From contig OY970378.1 in NCBI GenBank assembly GCA_963718875.1, positions 669,373-733,372 on the forward strand: a stretch of 64,000 bases of DNA, given 5' to 3'. Positions 48,043-56,368 of this stretch are shown piece by piece. Position 1 is the first letter of the stretch; each line of letters starts with the position of its first letter. Position numbers and translations under genes: made by a program. Source of the DNA: Candidatus Parcubacteria bacterium. GTDB taxonomy: Bacteria; Patescibacteriota; Saccharimonadia; UBA4664; JBIOIQ01. The notes below the pieces were generated by a model. It searched no databases. It was not told where the DNA came from and was given only the letters and a program-made list of their open reading frames with translations.

Positions 48043-50418
48043 ATGATTAAGTCGTTATTAGATTTGTGGATTAAACGTGATCGGGCATACCGTGACCCAA
48101 GGCACGTGGTTGTTGCTATAGCTGCGACTTTGTTGTTAGTTATGATGACACTTCAGGCAATTCAAACCCGTACCAAGATTGATGGATTTGAAATGAGTTT
48201 ATTTAGCTTTTTCAATACCTTACCGAGTTGGCTTGACTCACCTTTTTTTATTATCACACAGCTTGGAGCGCTAGGGGCTGTCTTAATTTGGGGTGGTTTA
48301 GGTTTGTACCTGCGGAATGCCAGAGCCGGGGCGGTTATTGCTGCTGCGGGCGCTTTAGCTTGGTTCGTAGCAAAACCCTTTAAGGTATATGTGGGCAGAG
48401 GAAGACCTCAAGATTTACTCGAATTGCCAGATCTTTTGCACCTAGAAAAGTTTGGCGGCATGGGTTTTCCTTCGGGGCATGCATCGGTTACAGCTGCCTG
48501 CATTACTGCTTTATTGTTTTACGTGGATCGAAAACAGCGCAAGTATTTGTACCTTATTGCGCTTTTAATTGGAGCTAGCCGGATTTATCTTGGAGCGCAT
48601 TTTCCGCGAGATGTAATAGGAGGTTACGCGCTTGGTGCATTAATAGGGAGCTTAGTTTCGCTTGTGTTTGGGAGCGCTAAGCCGAAGATATCATTTGGCC
48701 CTATAAAGAGGCGTTTAGCAGAAATGGGAATTCAAGCAAAGTCAGTGCGTAAAATGAATGTGGATGCTCGAGGTTCGGTGCCAATATTTATTGAGGACGA
48801 GGCCGGTAAAAGTTATGTGGCAAAGCTTTTTGGTAAGCAGGAGTATGTTGCCGATTGGCTATTTAAAGCCTTGCGGTTTTTTAAGTTTAAAAGCTTTGGT
48901 GACGAGCGCCCATATTTAAATAGCAAGCATAATGTTGAACATGAAGCTTTGGCATCGATGTGGTCGGTAAGGGCTGGCGTAAGGACCCCAGAAGTTGTAG
49001 GTTACGCCCTGGCGGGAAGTCATTGGATGCTAACACAAGAGTGGGTTGACGCTACTCCTCTAGATGGACTAAAGCCGAAAAATGTCACCGATAAAACCTT
49101 GGCAAGGATATGGAGTGAGGTTAAAAAACTTCACAAATCTAATATTGCTCATCGTGATTTGAGGGCAGCCAACATTTTGGTCGATAAGAAGGGACTTCCT
49201 TGGTTGATAGACTTTGGATTTGCAGAAGTAGCCGCTAAATCTACCCGAAAAAGTATGGATATCGCCGAGTTGTTGATGTCGAGTGCGTTGGTAGTGGGCG
49301 AAGAAAGAGCTTATAAGACAGCTAAAAGGGTTCTTGGAGCCAAAGTTTTAAAAGAAGCTGCACCTTATTTTCAACTGCCGGTATTTAGTGGAGCCACCAC
49401 CTCCTTGGCGCGGAAGAATAAGGACGTTTATAAAGCTGTTTGTGACCGTTTAAACAACCTTAGTGATGAAGATGAAGTGGAGAAGGCTAATGTGTCGAGG
49501 CTTAATAGTAAGCGTTTAATTAATATTATTGCAATTGGAGTATTTTTATTTATAGTACTACCTCAGTTTGGAGCTTTTAAAGGAGCTTTTGTAGCACTTA
49601 AGTCCATTAACTTTTGGTGGCTTATACCTATATTGATTCTTTCGGGAGCAACCTACATAACGGCGGCAATGACGACCTTAAGCTTAGCTCCAACGCCACT
49701 TAAGTTTATGTCAACCATAGCAGTTCAAGTGGCTAGCTCTTTTGTAAGCAAGCTGTTACCCTCGGGTCTTGGCTCTATTACCTTATTTGTACGTTATCTA
49801 CACAAGGCCGGCTTGGATATAAGTACGGCAACATCGTTAATGGTAGTAGGAAGCTTTTTGGGTTTCATTACGTTTATGAGTCCATTGGCTCTAATTTTAT
49901 TGCTACACGGGAGCTCACTATCGAGTCTCGTTAAAATTAAGTTGCCATTGTGGCTATTGGCGATAGTACCAATTGTAATTCTTTTCCTCGGTTCGGCCCT
50001 TTGGTTTATAAAAAAACTGCGGAAGAAGGTTCTAGAAAGGCTTAATAAAGCTAGGGAGGATTTTCGGCTGCTGGCGTCCTCTCCAAAAGAACTTGGTTTG
50101 GCGGCAATGTTTTCAGCTGGGACAACTTTGATGTATGTCGCTTGTTTACATGCTTGTTTTTTAGCTGTTGGCATAGACATTTCGCCATTAACTACAATCG
50201 TGGTCTACGCCACCGCAACAATCGCTGGCTCTGCGCTCCCCACTCCTGGTGGTTTGGGCGCTTTAGAGGTGGCTATGGCGGCGGCCTTGGTGGGACTAGG
50301 CTATCCCCAAGTTCCGGCATATGCGGCCGTAATTTTATATCGGTTAGCTACTTTCTGGGCGCCTATTCCAGTTGGGTTTTTGGCCTATCAATATATTCAA
50401 AAAAAGAAGTTTATATAG
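48043..50418 (+). CDS. PAP2 phosphatase + kinase-like + lysylphosphatidylglycerol-synthase-TM (flippase-like) fusion
   Basis: K..VGRGRP, FPSGH, SRIYLGAHFPRD; HRDLRAANILV, IDFG; PTPGGLGALE, LYRLATFW. Confidence 0.85.
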   Translation: MIKSLLDLWIKRDRAYRDPRHVVVAIAATLLLVMMTLQAIQTRTKIDGFEMSLFSFFNTLPSWLDSPFFIITQLGALGAVLIWGGLGLYLRNARAGAVIAAAGALAWFVAKPFKVYVGRGRPQDLLELPDLLHLEKFGGMGFPSGHASVTAACITALLFYVDRKQRKYLYLIALLIGASRIYLGAHFPRDVIGGYALGALIGSLVSLVFGSAKPKISFGPIKRRLAEMGIQAKSVRKMNVDARGSVPIFIEDEAGKSYVAKLFGKQEYVADWLFKALRFFKFKSFGDERPYLNSKHNVEHEALASMWSVRAGVRTPEVVGYALAGSHWMLTQEWVDATPLDGLKPKNVTDKTLARIWSEVKKLHKSNIAHRDLRAANILVDKKGLPWLIDFGFAEVAAKSTRKSMDIAELLMSSALVVGEERAYKTAKRVLGAKVLKEAAPYFQLPVFSGATTSLARKNKDVYKAVCDRLNNLSDEDEVEKANVSRLNSKRLINIIAIGVFLFIVLPQFGAFKGAFVALKSINFWWLIPILILSGATYITAAMTTLSLAPTPLKFMSTIAVQVASSFVSKLLPSGLGSITLFVRYLHKAGLDISTATSLMVVGSFLGFITFMSPLALILLLHGSSLSSLVKIKLPLWLLAIVPIVILFLGSALWFIKKLRKKVLERLNKAREDFRLLASSPKELGLAAMFSAGTTLMYVACLHACFLAVGIDISPLTTIVVYATATIAGSALPTPGGLGALEVAMAAALVGLGYPQVPAYAAVILYRLATFWAPIPVGFLAYQYIQKKKFI

Positions 50419-50491
50419 AAGCGGTCCTAGCTAAAAAACTAATCAACTCACCAGACTTATGGAACGCTTCAAAAGAAAGTACAATAGTAGC

Positions 50492-51400
50492 ATGAGCTTT
50501 AAGTCATACCTGCAGCAAAACGCTCGAAAACTCGATATTTGCTTATATGAATATCTTTTTGAAGGAGCTGAGCCTGGGTCACTAATTGAGGAGTTAGCAA
50601 CATATCAAAATGAAGATGGTGGTTTTGGCCACGCTTTAGACGCCGACCTTCGGCTGCCACATTCCTCAGTCCTAGCAACTACAATTGCCTTACAGTACCT
50701 ATCACATGTAGACACAGACTCGAGTCATACATTAATATCCGGCGCTATCCGTTACTTCAAAGATACATACGATACAGCCAGAAACCGATGGTTAAATATA
50801 CCGCAAGAGGCAGACAAATACCCCCGGGCTCCCTGGTGGAACTATAAGAGTACAACGAAGTCTTCAGAATGGGGGAACCCATCAGCAGAGGTACTTGGGT
50901 ATTTACTAAAGTATGCCCCTGATCCTAAAGTCAAGTTGATTCAAGTACTCACAGAACGGGCACTGCAGCGACTTCAAGAAATCGAGCATCCCGAGCCACA
51001 TGAGATCAAGTGCTTCATTCGTTTATACGAAAGTGCTGATTCAAGTCTTCAGAAAATACTGCATAAATTACTTGCGAAGCAAATAAAAAGCGTGGTCAAA
51101 ACAAATCCGGATGAATGGCAAGGCTATTCTCCAACTCCACTTACATTCGTTACTTCTCCTAACTCACCGTTCGCTGATTTGTTTAATGAATCGTTACTCT
51201 TAGAGAACCTGCAGTTTATCCAAAAACAAATCGTGGATGGCAATCATTGGGAACCGACTTGGCAGTGGGATCAGTTTGAGGATGAGTGGGCTAAGGCTAA
51301 ATTAGAGTGGAGTGGCAAGCTCACAGTGGAGAATTTATTATTACTAAAGTCTTTTGGTTCAGGTTTAAATCTAAATTTAGGTTCAATTAACCAGTATTAG
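50492..51400 (+). CDS. Hypothetical alpha/alpha-barrel (prenyltransferase/cyclase-like) protein
   Basis: YQNEDGGFGHAL repeat-like motif, PRAPWW, WGNP. Confidence 0.7.
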   Translation: MSFKSYLQQNARKLDICLYEYLFEGAEPGSLIEELATYQNEDGGFGHALDADLRLPHSSVLATTIALQYLSHVDTDSSHTLISGAIRYFKDTYDTARNRWLNIPQEADKYPRAPWWNYKSTTKSSEWGNPSAEVLGYLLKYAPDPKVKLIQVLTERALQRLQEIEHPEPHEIKCFIRLYESADSSLQKILHKLLAKQIKSVVKTNPDEWQGYSPTPLTFVTSPNSPFADLFNESLLLENLQFIQKQIVDGNHWEPTWQWDQFEDEWAKAKLEWSGKLTVENLLLLKSFGSGLNLNLGSINQY

Positions 51401-51453
51401 AACTCGCTCAACAGATGGAGAACTTTTACAAAAAGGGATGAGATTAACATAAC

Positions 51454-51539
51454 TGGTGCGGATGAAAGGACTTGAACCTTCACGGGGTTTCCCCCACTAG
51501 CTCCTAAGGCTAGCGTGTCTACCATTCCACCACATCCGC
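51454..51539 (-). tRNA. tRNA-Leu(TAG)
   Basis: Cloverleaf: acceptor GCGGATG/CATCCGC-ACCA, anticodon arm CTAGC-CTTAGGA-GCTAG, long variable arm, GGTTCAAGTCC. Confidence 0.97.
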
Positions 51540-51551
51540 ACATTCGATCTT

Positions 51552-52085
51552 TCAGTTCAATTTATGATAGAAGCTAAGACTGCTATCGCCATACTTGCGC
51601 GTGTCGAGGCGCTTCATTGATTCTAGCTCAGGTGCGGCAATTCTACTAGTGTGCGAGACCACTAAAGTACCACCGGAAGCTAAAAGCTGCCCAAGTTTAC
51701 CTATAGTTTCTGTCTTAATATCATCATATGGTGGGTCGGCCACTATTAAGTCAAAGGTGGCTGAGCTGAGTTCGAGAGTCACCAGCTCTACAGTCTTTTC
51801 CATAATTCTGATGTTCAAACCCAGACCTAGCGCTTCCGCATTAGTTTTAATGACACGCGTTGCTGTGCGTGCGTTGTCTACAGCAATCACTTGCTTAGCT
51901 CCGCGACTAAGAGCCTCTATCCCTACTGCCCCACTCCCAGAGTAAGCGTCAAGTACCGATTGACCATCAACACTCCCAATAATATTAAACAGCGCCTCCC
52001 TGACTTTGTCGCTCATGGGGCGGGTATGGGTATTTTTGGGCATTACCAGCTTTCGACCACTATGCCTGCCTCCAATGATTTTCAT
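51552..52085 (-). CDS. rsmD: 16S rRNA m2G966 methyltransferase
   Basis: TRPMSDKVREALFN, GSGAVGIEALSRGA, DPPY. Confidence 0.95.
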   Translation of the reverse strand: MKIIGGRHSGRKLVMPKNTHTRPMSDKVREALFNIIGSVDGQSVLDAYSGSGAVGIEALSRGAKQVIAVDNARTATRVIKTNAEALGLGLNIRIMEKTVELVTLELSSATFDLIVADPPYDDIKTETIGKLGQLLASGGTLVVSHTSRIAAPELESMKRLDTRKYGDSSLSFYHKLN

Positions 52086-52957
52086 ACCTTTTCTTTTTTA
52101 GACTTTTTTTTAGTTAGCTCCGTTTGTCCAACCTCAAGATAAGCTAACAGCCAAACGATTCCTACTACTTGGCAGGCGTGTATGGCTATTTGCTGGCGCA
52201 CAATCCTGGCCAGTTCGGCCGTCCATCCTTCACGGTAAAAACGGTTGTACAGGTTTAGCTCAGCAACATTACGGGCTTCTCTTTTAAAGAACCTCATCAT
52301 TCCAAGCTCGCGGCCTTCGGCCAGCAAAGCCTCGTTCAAAGTGGGGTTCAGCTTGGTGAACAACAGTGCCGTTGCAACGCCAATTTCAAAATTATGATGC
52401 GTTGATAGAATCCCTTTTCCTCCCCATATCTCCCAGTTTGCTTGAAGAGTTTTTTTAACGGAGTTTCCAACTACAAAGTTTTTCGTAAGATAGGTTGTGG
52501 CATCGTTGCGAAGTGGCTCTAGATTGGTTTTACGGTGACTGACGGCTCGCTTCCCGTCCCTCAAGCTAACCATCTTTTCGACTAGTGGATAGTGGTGAGC
52601 TGGTGTCAAGCCATCCACTAGATAGTGCGCAAGCCAACTGGCTTCGAATGCAGCCCGCACAAGGTCTTGATTTTGTAGTGACGTCACTAGTCCATCGTAG
52701 TGACTAGTGACATGCAGTGGTAGCTCCCCTACTTCGGTCTGTGGATCGTAGAAATGGCTGGGATCATCGACTCCAGGTGATTTAAGTTTTATACCATCCG
52801 GTCCGTTATAACCCTCAAAATGTAATATCGAACGGATATTAGGAAATGACTTTGGCTTTAGGTAAGGAGTAATCATTTTAAAAGAAGCAACATCAAAACG
52901 CTGGTGGACACCTAGTCGATTAATTACTTTTTTTGTTGAAACAAAGCCTGAATACAT
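52082..52957 (-). CDS. Hypothetical protein, possibly Zn-phospholipase C/P1-nuclease-like
   Basis: WLAHYLVDGLTPAHH, GPD, HHNFE putative metal ligands. Confidence 0.6.
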   Translation of the reverse strand: MYSGFVSTKKVINRLGVHQRFDVASFKMITPYLKPKSFPNIRSILHFEGYNGPDGIKLKSPGVDDPSHFYDPQTEVGELPLHVTSHYDGLVTSLQNQDLVRAAFEASWLAHYLVDGLTPAHHYPLVEKMVSLRDGKRAVSHRKTNLEPLRNDATTYLTKNFVVGNSVKKTLQANWEIWGGKGILSTHHNFEIGVATALLFTKLNPTLNEALLAEGRELGMMRFFKREARNVAELNLYNRFYREGWTAELARIVRQQIAIHACQVVGIVWLLAYLEVGQTELTKKKSKKEKV

Positions 52958-52984
52958 GTAATTTTTTAAGGGGTTTTTGGTTAT

Positions 52985-55024
52985 TTAATCAAGGGAGGTA
53001 ACCGCTTTTAAGGCGTTAACAGTATCGCGGATATGAGGATAGTGTAGCATAGCGCTCGTGTCGCGTAAAAACTGGCTGGCATATTCCCTTACTTGAGCCA
53101 CAAGCTTGGCATTTCCAAAATCAGCCATTTGAAGGTTTAGATCGCCATGTTGTTTGATTCCATAAACCTGCCCAGGCCCTCTTAGCTCTAGGTCAATCTG
53201 AGCTAGCCTAAAGCCATCGCTAGTACGCTCCATGGCTCGCAAACGTTCGGCCACCCCGGGAGAAAAATTGTCATACATTAAGTAACAATATGCAGCGTCT
53301 TGGCCGCGACCAATACGTCCTCTGAGCTGGTGAAGCGCTGCTAAGCCGAACCGATCTGCGCCTTCAATCAGCATGATGCTGGCGTTCGGAATATCAATAC
53401 CAACCTCGATTACCGTTGTTGCGACTAGTATGTCAATGCTACCAGCACGATAACAATCCATGATTTCTTGCTTATCGGCAGCTGTCATTTTGCCATGCAT
53501 AACCTCAATTCGGCGATGACGAAAAATAGTTTTTTTCAGGTTGGCAGATTCCGCGGTAACGCTTTTTGAGCCGGTCTTATCCGAGTCTTCTATTAAAGGG
53601 CATACAACAAACACCTGCCTTCCTTTTGAAATTTCTTGGTCGACATGGACATACATTTTTTCCCGCTCAGACGGTTTGATGATTTTGGTAGTAACCGGCT
53701 GCCTTCCGGGTGGGAGCTCGTCAATGATGGATATGTCGAGGTCGCCATATACAGTCAGCGCTAGGGAGCGCGGAATTGGTGTGGCTGTCATGCTCAAAAG
53801 ATGTGGCAGTCGACCGGCTTTTTTCTTTAGTTCCTGACGCTGAGCAACGCCAAACCGATGCTGCTCATCGATAATAACCAACCCTAAGCTATGAAACTTA
53901 ACCGAGCTGCCTATAAGAGCATGGGTACCTATAATTAAATGAGCCTTCCCTTCTGCCGTCGTTTCTAGAGATTTTCGCTTGCTAGCTGTGTTTTGATTTC
54001 CCAAAAAAAGCACCGCCTCATACCCTAGTTTCTGAATTAGAGGAGTTATTTTTGCAAAATGTTGACGGGCTAATAGCTCTGTAGGAACCATTAATGCTGC
54101 TTGATAACCGCTAGCTATTGCCATTACTGCCGCCATAACAGCTACAACAGTCTTGCCACTACCAACGTCGCCTTCAAGCAGACGATTCATGGGATGTTCC
54201 CGCTCCATATCATTCAGTATCTGCCAAGCTGCTTGGCGCTGGGCATTGGTATAATCAAAACCGACGGCTTCAATATAGCGCTTGGCTAGGTCTAATTGAA
54301 ACGAAACTTTAGGAGATTCTTCCGTCTTAATCTCCTGCTTTATGCTCAGGCTTGCTAGGATAACTAAGAAAAGCTCCTCAAACGCGATTCTGTGGCGTGC
54401 CCTCTCCAACATCTCGGACGAAGTGGGTGTGTGTACTTGTTTTAAAGCTTCGGCGCGGCTTATTAGCTGGGCTTTTTCTATCACGGTACCTGGTAAGGTC
54501 TCCGGCAAGTCGCTCAGGCGTGCTAATAGCGGCTTTATGGCGACCTGGATTTGACGTGAACTTAACCCTTCGGTCTCTGGGTAAACGGGTATTATACGAT
54601 TCTCGCCAAGCGGTAAATCCTGAATTTTTTCTATAGCTGGCGACTGTAATGCTAAGTCGTTATTTCGAAATTGCAATCGTCCCGTTAGAGCTATCTCACT
54701 GTTTTTTTCTAACTGTGCCAAGCGATAAGGTTGATTGAACCAAATGGCCTTAAGTGTCCCAGATTCATCGCTGATGATTGCCTCAGTAATTGTAAGGTTA
54801 CGTCCACGAACACGTCTACTAGCAGCTGTTACCACTTTGCCCCTTACTGTCACTAAGCCGGGGACAACCTTTGATATTAAAGTTGCGTTGGTAAAGTCAT
54901 TATACCGCCTGGGATAGTGCTTTATTAGATCCCCAAGAGTTAAGACATGGAGGCGTTGTAGTTTTCGAGCGGTTTCAGAGCCCACGCCCCTAAGGCTTTC
55001 GACCGACAGATCTAGGTTGAGCAT
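52985..55024 (-). CDS. recG: ATP-dependent DNA helicase RecG
   Basis: GDVGSGKT, DEQHRFGV, MTATPIPR, QLRGRIGRG. Confidence 0.98.
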   Translation of the reverse strand: MLNLDLSVESLRGVGSETARKLQRLHVLTLGDLIKHYPRRYNDFTNATLISKVVPGLVTVRGKVVTAASRRVRGRNLTITEAIISDESGTLKAIWFNQPYRLAQLEKNSEIALTGRLQFRNNDLALQSPAIEKIQDLPLGENRIIPVYPETEGLSSRQIQVAIKPLLARLSDLPETLPGTVIEKAQLISRAEALKQVHTPTSSEMLERARHRIAFEELFLVILASLSIKQEIKTEESPKVSFQLDLAKRYIEAVGFDYTNAQRQAAWQILNDMEREHPMNRLLEGDVGSGKTVVAVMAAVMAIASGYQAALMVPTELLARQHFAKITPLIQKLGYEAVLFLGNQNTASKRKSLETTAEGKAHLIIGTHALIGSSVKFHSLGLVIIDEQHRFGVAQRQELKKKAGRLPHLLSMTATPIPRSLALTVYGDLDISIIDELPPGRQPVTTKIIKPSEREKMYVHVDQEISKGRQVFVVCPLIEDSDKTGSKSVTAESANLKKTIFRHRRIEVMHGKMTAADKQEIMDCYRAGSIDILVATTVIEVGIDIPNASIMLIEGADRFGLAALHQLRGRIGRGQDAAYCYLMYDNFSPGVAERLRAMERTSDGFRLAQIDLELRGPGQVYGIKQHGDLNLQMADFGNAKLVAQVREYASQFLRDTSAMLHYPHIRDTVNALKAVTSLD

Positions 55025-56235
55025 TAAAGCTTTATGCGAACGTAGCGGCGTTTGCCTACCTGAATTACGTCTCCATCTGCAAACGACTGTACTGCATCGG
55101 CTTCAAGTAATTGATCATTCAGACGAACTCCTCGTTGTTCAATTAACCGTTTGGCTTCGGACTTACTGGCAGAAAGACCAACCTCGACCAAAATATCTAT
55201 CATGTTGCTGCTTGATTTTTTAATCAATCTTTCTTCAATCATGTCCGGCTGTTGCCCCTCGCTGACTTCATTTATCCAGCTTTTCTCGGCATTTTCTGCA
55301 GCTCCTTGGCTGTGGTAGGTCGTGACGATTTCGCGGGCCAAGCTCATTTTGACGTTTCGAGGATTCTCACCGTTTATTAACGAAGTTTTTAGAATTTCAA
55401 TGTCTGTCATTGGCAGTCTGGTGCAGTCAATAAGCACCTGAATAATGGCCTCGTCGGGTAATGCCATAACTTTAGCGTACATTTGCGCTGGCTCCTCATC
55501 TAGACCTATCCCCGTTCCCAAGCTTTTGCTCATAAGTTTTTCGCCCGTCAATGGGTTCTCAAGCAAGGTTGTGGCTATAACAAATTTTTCTCGGTCTTGG
55601 TAGCGTTTTACTAGGGTTCGACCGGCTAGCATATTGAACGTCTGGTCGGTCCCGCCTATTTCAATGTCGGCCTCAAGCATGACTGAATCGTAACCCTGCA
55701 TCAGAGGATAAAAAAACTCGTGAACAAAAAGAGGCTTTTGATCTTTGAGGCGTTTTTGGAATGTATCCCGTTCTATCATTTGTTGGACGGTAAAATTAGA
55801 TGCAAGGTCAACCATGTCTGAAAAGGACAGCTTTGCAAGCCACTCCGAGTTAAACTTAAACTCAATAGGATTGGTCTTGGTGTTGAAATCTAAGATTTTT
55901 CCAATTTGTTGTTTAAATGTTTTGAGGTTTCGTTGAACTTCTTTTGCGGTAAGCTGCTTTCGGGCTGCGGTTTTATCGCTTGGATCACCAATAAGGGCGG
56001 TGAAGTCTCCTACTAAAACAATAATTTTATGTCCTAGCTTATGAAGCCTTTCTAGCAATAAATAGTTGGTAGCATGCCCTATATGAACATAGCTAGCAGT
56101 GGGATCAATGCCCATATATATGCGCATCGGCTTACCAGCCAGTAGCCGTTTCTGCAAGGCGCCGACAGAAGGATAGACTGCGCTGACAGAGCGGCTGAGA
56201 ATTTCATCAACTGCTTTGGATGTTTCATTACTCAT
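55024..56235 (-). CDS. tyrS: Tyrosine--tRNA ligase
   Basis: GIDPT..HIGH, YPLMQGYD, GGTDQ, MSKS, S4-like C-terminus; start moved to ATG at 56235. Confidence 0.97.
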   Translation of the reverse strand: MSNETSKAVDEILSRSVSAVYPSVGALQKRLLAGKPMRIYMGIDPTASYVHIGHATNYLLLERLHKLGHKIIVLVGDFTALIGDPSDKTAARKQLTAKEVQRNLKTFKQQIGKILDFNTKTNPIEFKFNSEWLAKLSFSDMVDLASNFTVQQMIERDTFQKRLKDQKPLFVHEFFYPLMQGYDSVMLEADIEIGGTDQTFNMLAGRTLVKRYQDREKFVIATTLLENPLTGEKLMSKSLGTGIGLDEEPAQMYAKVMALPDEAIIQVLIDCTRLPMTDIEILKTSLINGENPRNVKMSLAREIVTTYHSQGAAENAEKSWINEVSEGQQPDMIEERLIKKSSSNMIDILVEVGLSASKSEAKRLIEQRGVRLNDQLLEADAVQSFADGDVIQVGKRRYVRIKL

Positions 56236-56368
56236 ATTGCCTACTATAGCACGACAGAATGACCGGAAAAACCTTCTCAACGCTTGTATATGTAATGTTT
56301 ATTGTCTTTGCGCAGACTCGACGAGCATAGCCCCGGTACGGTATAATCTCAAACGTAAGGATAATAAT

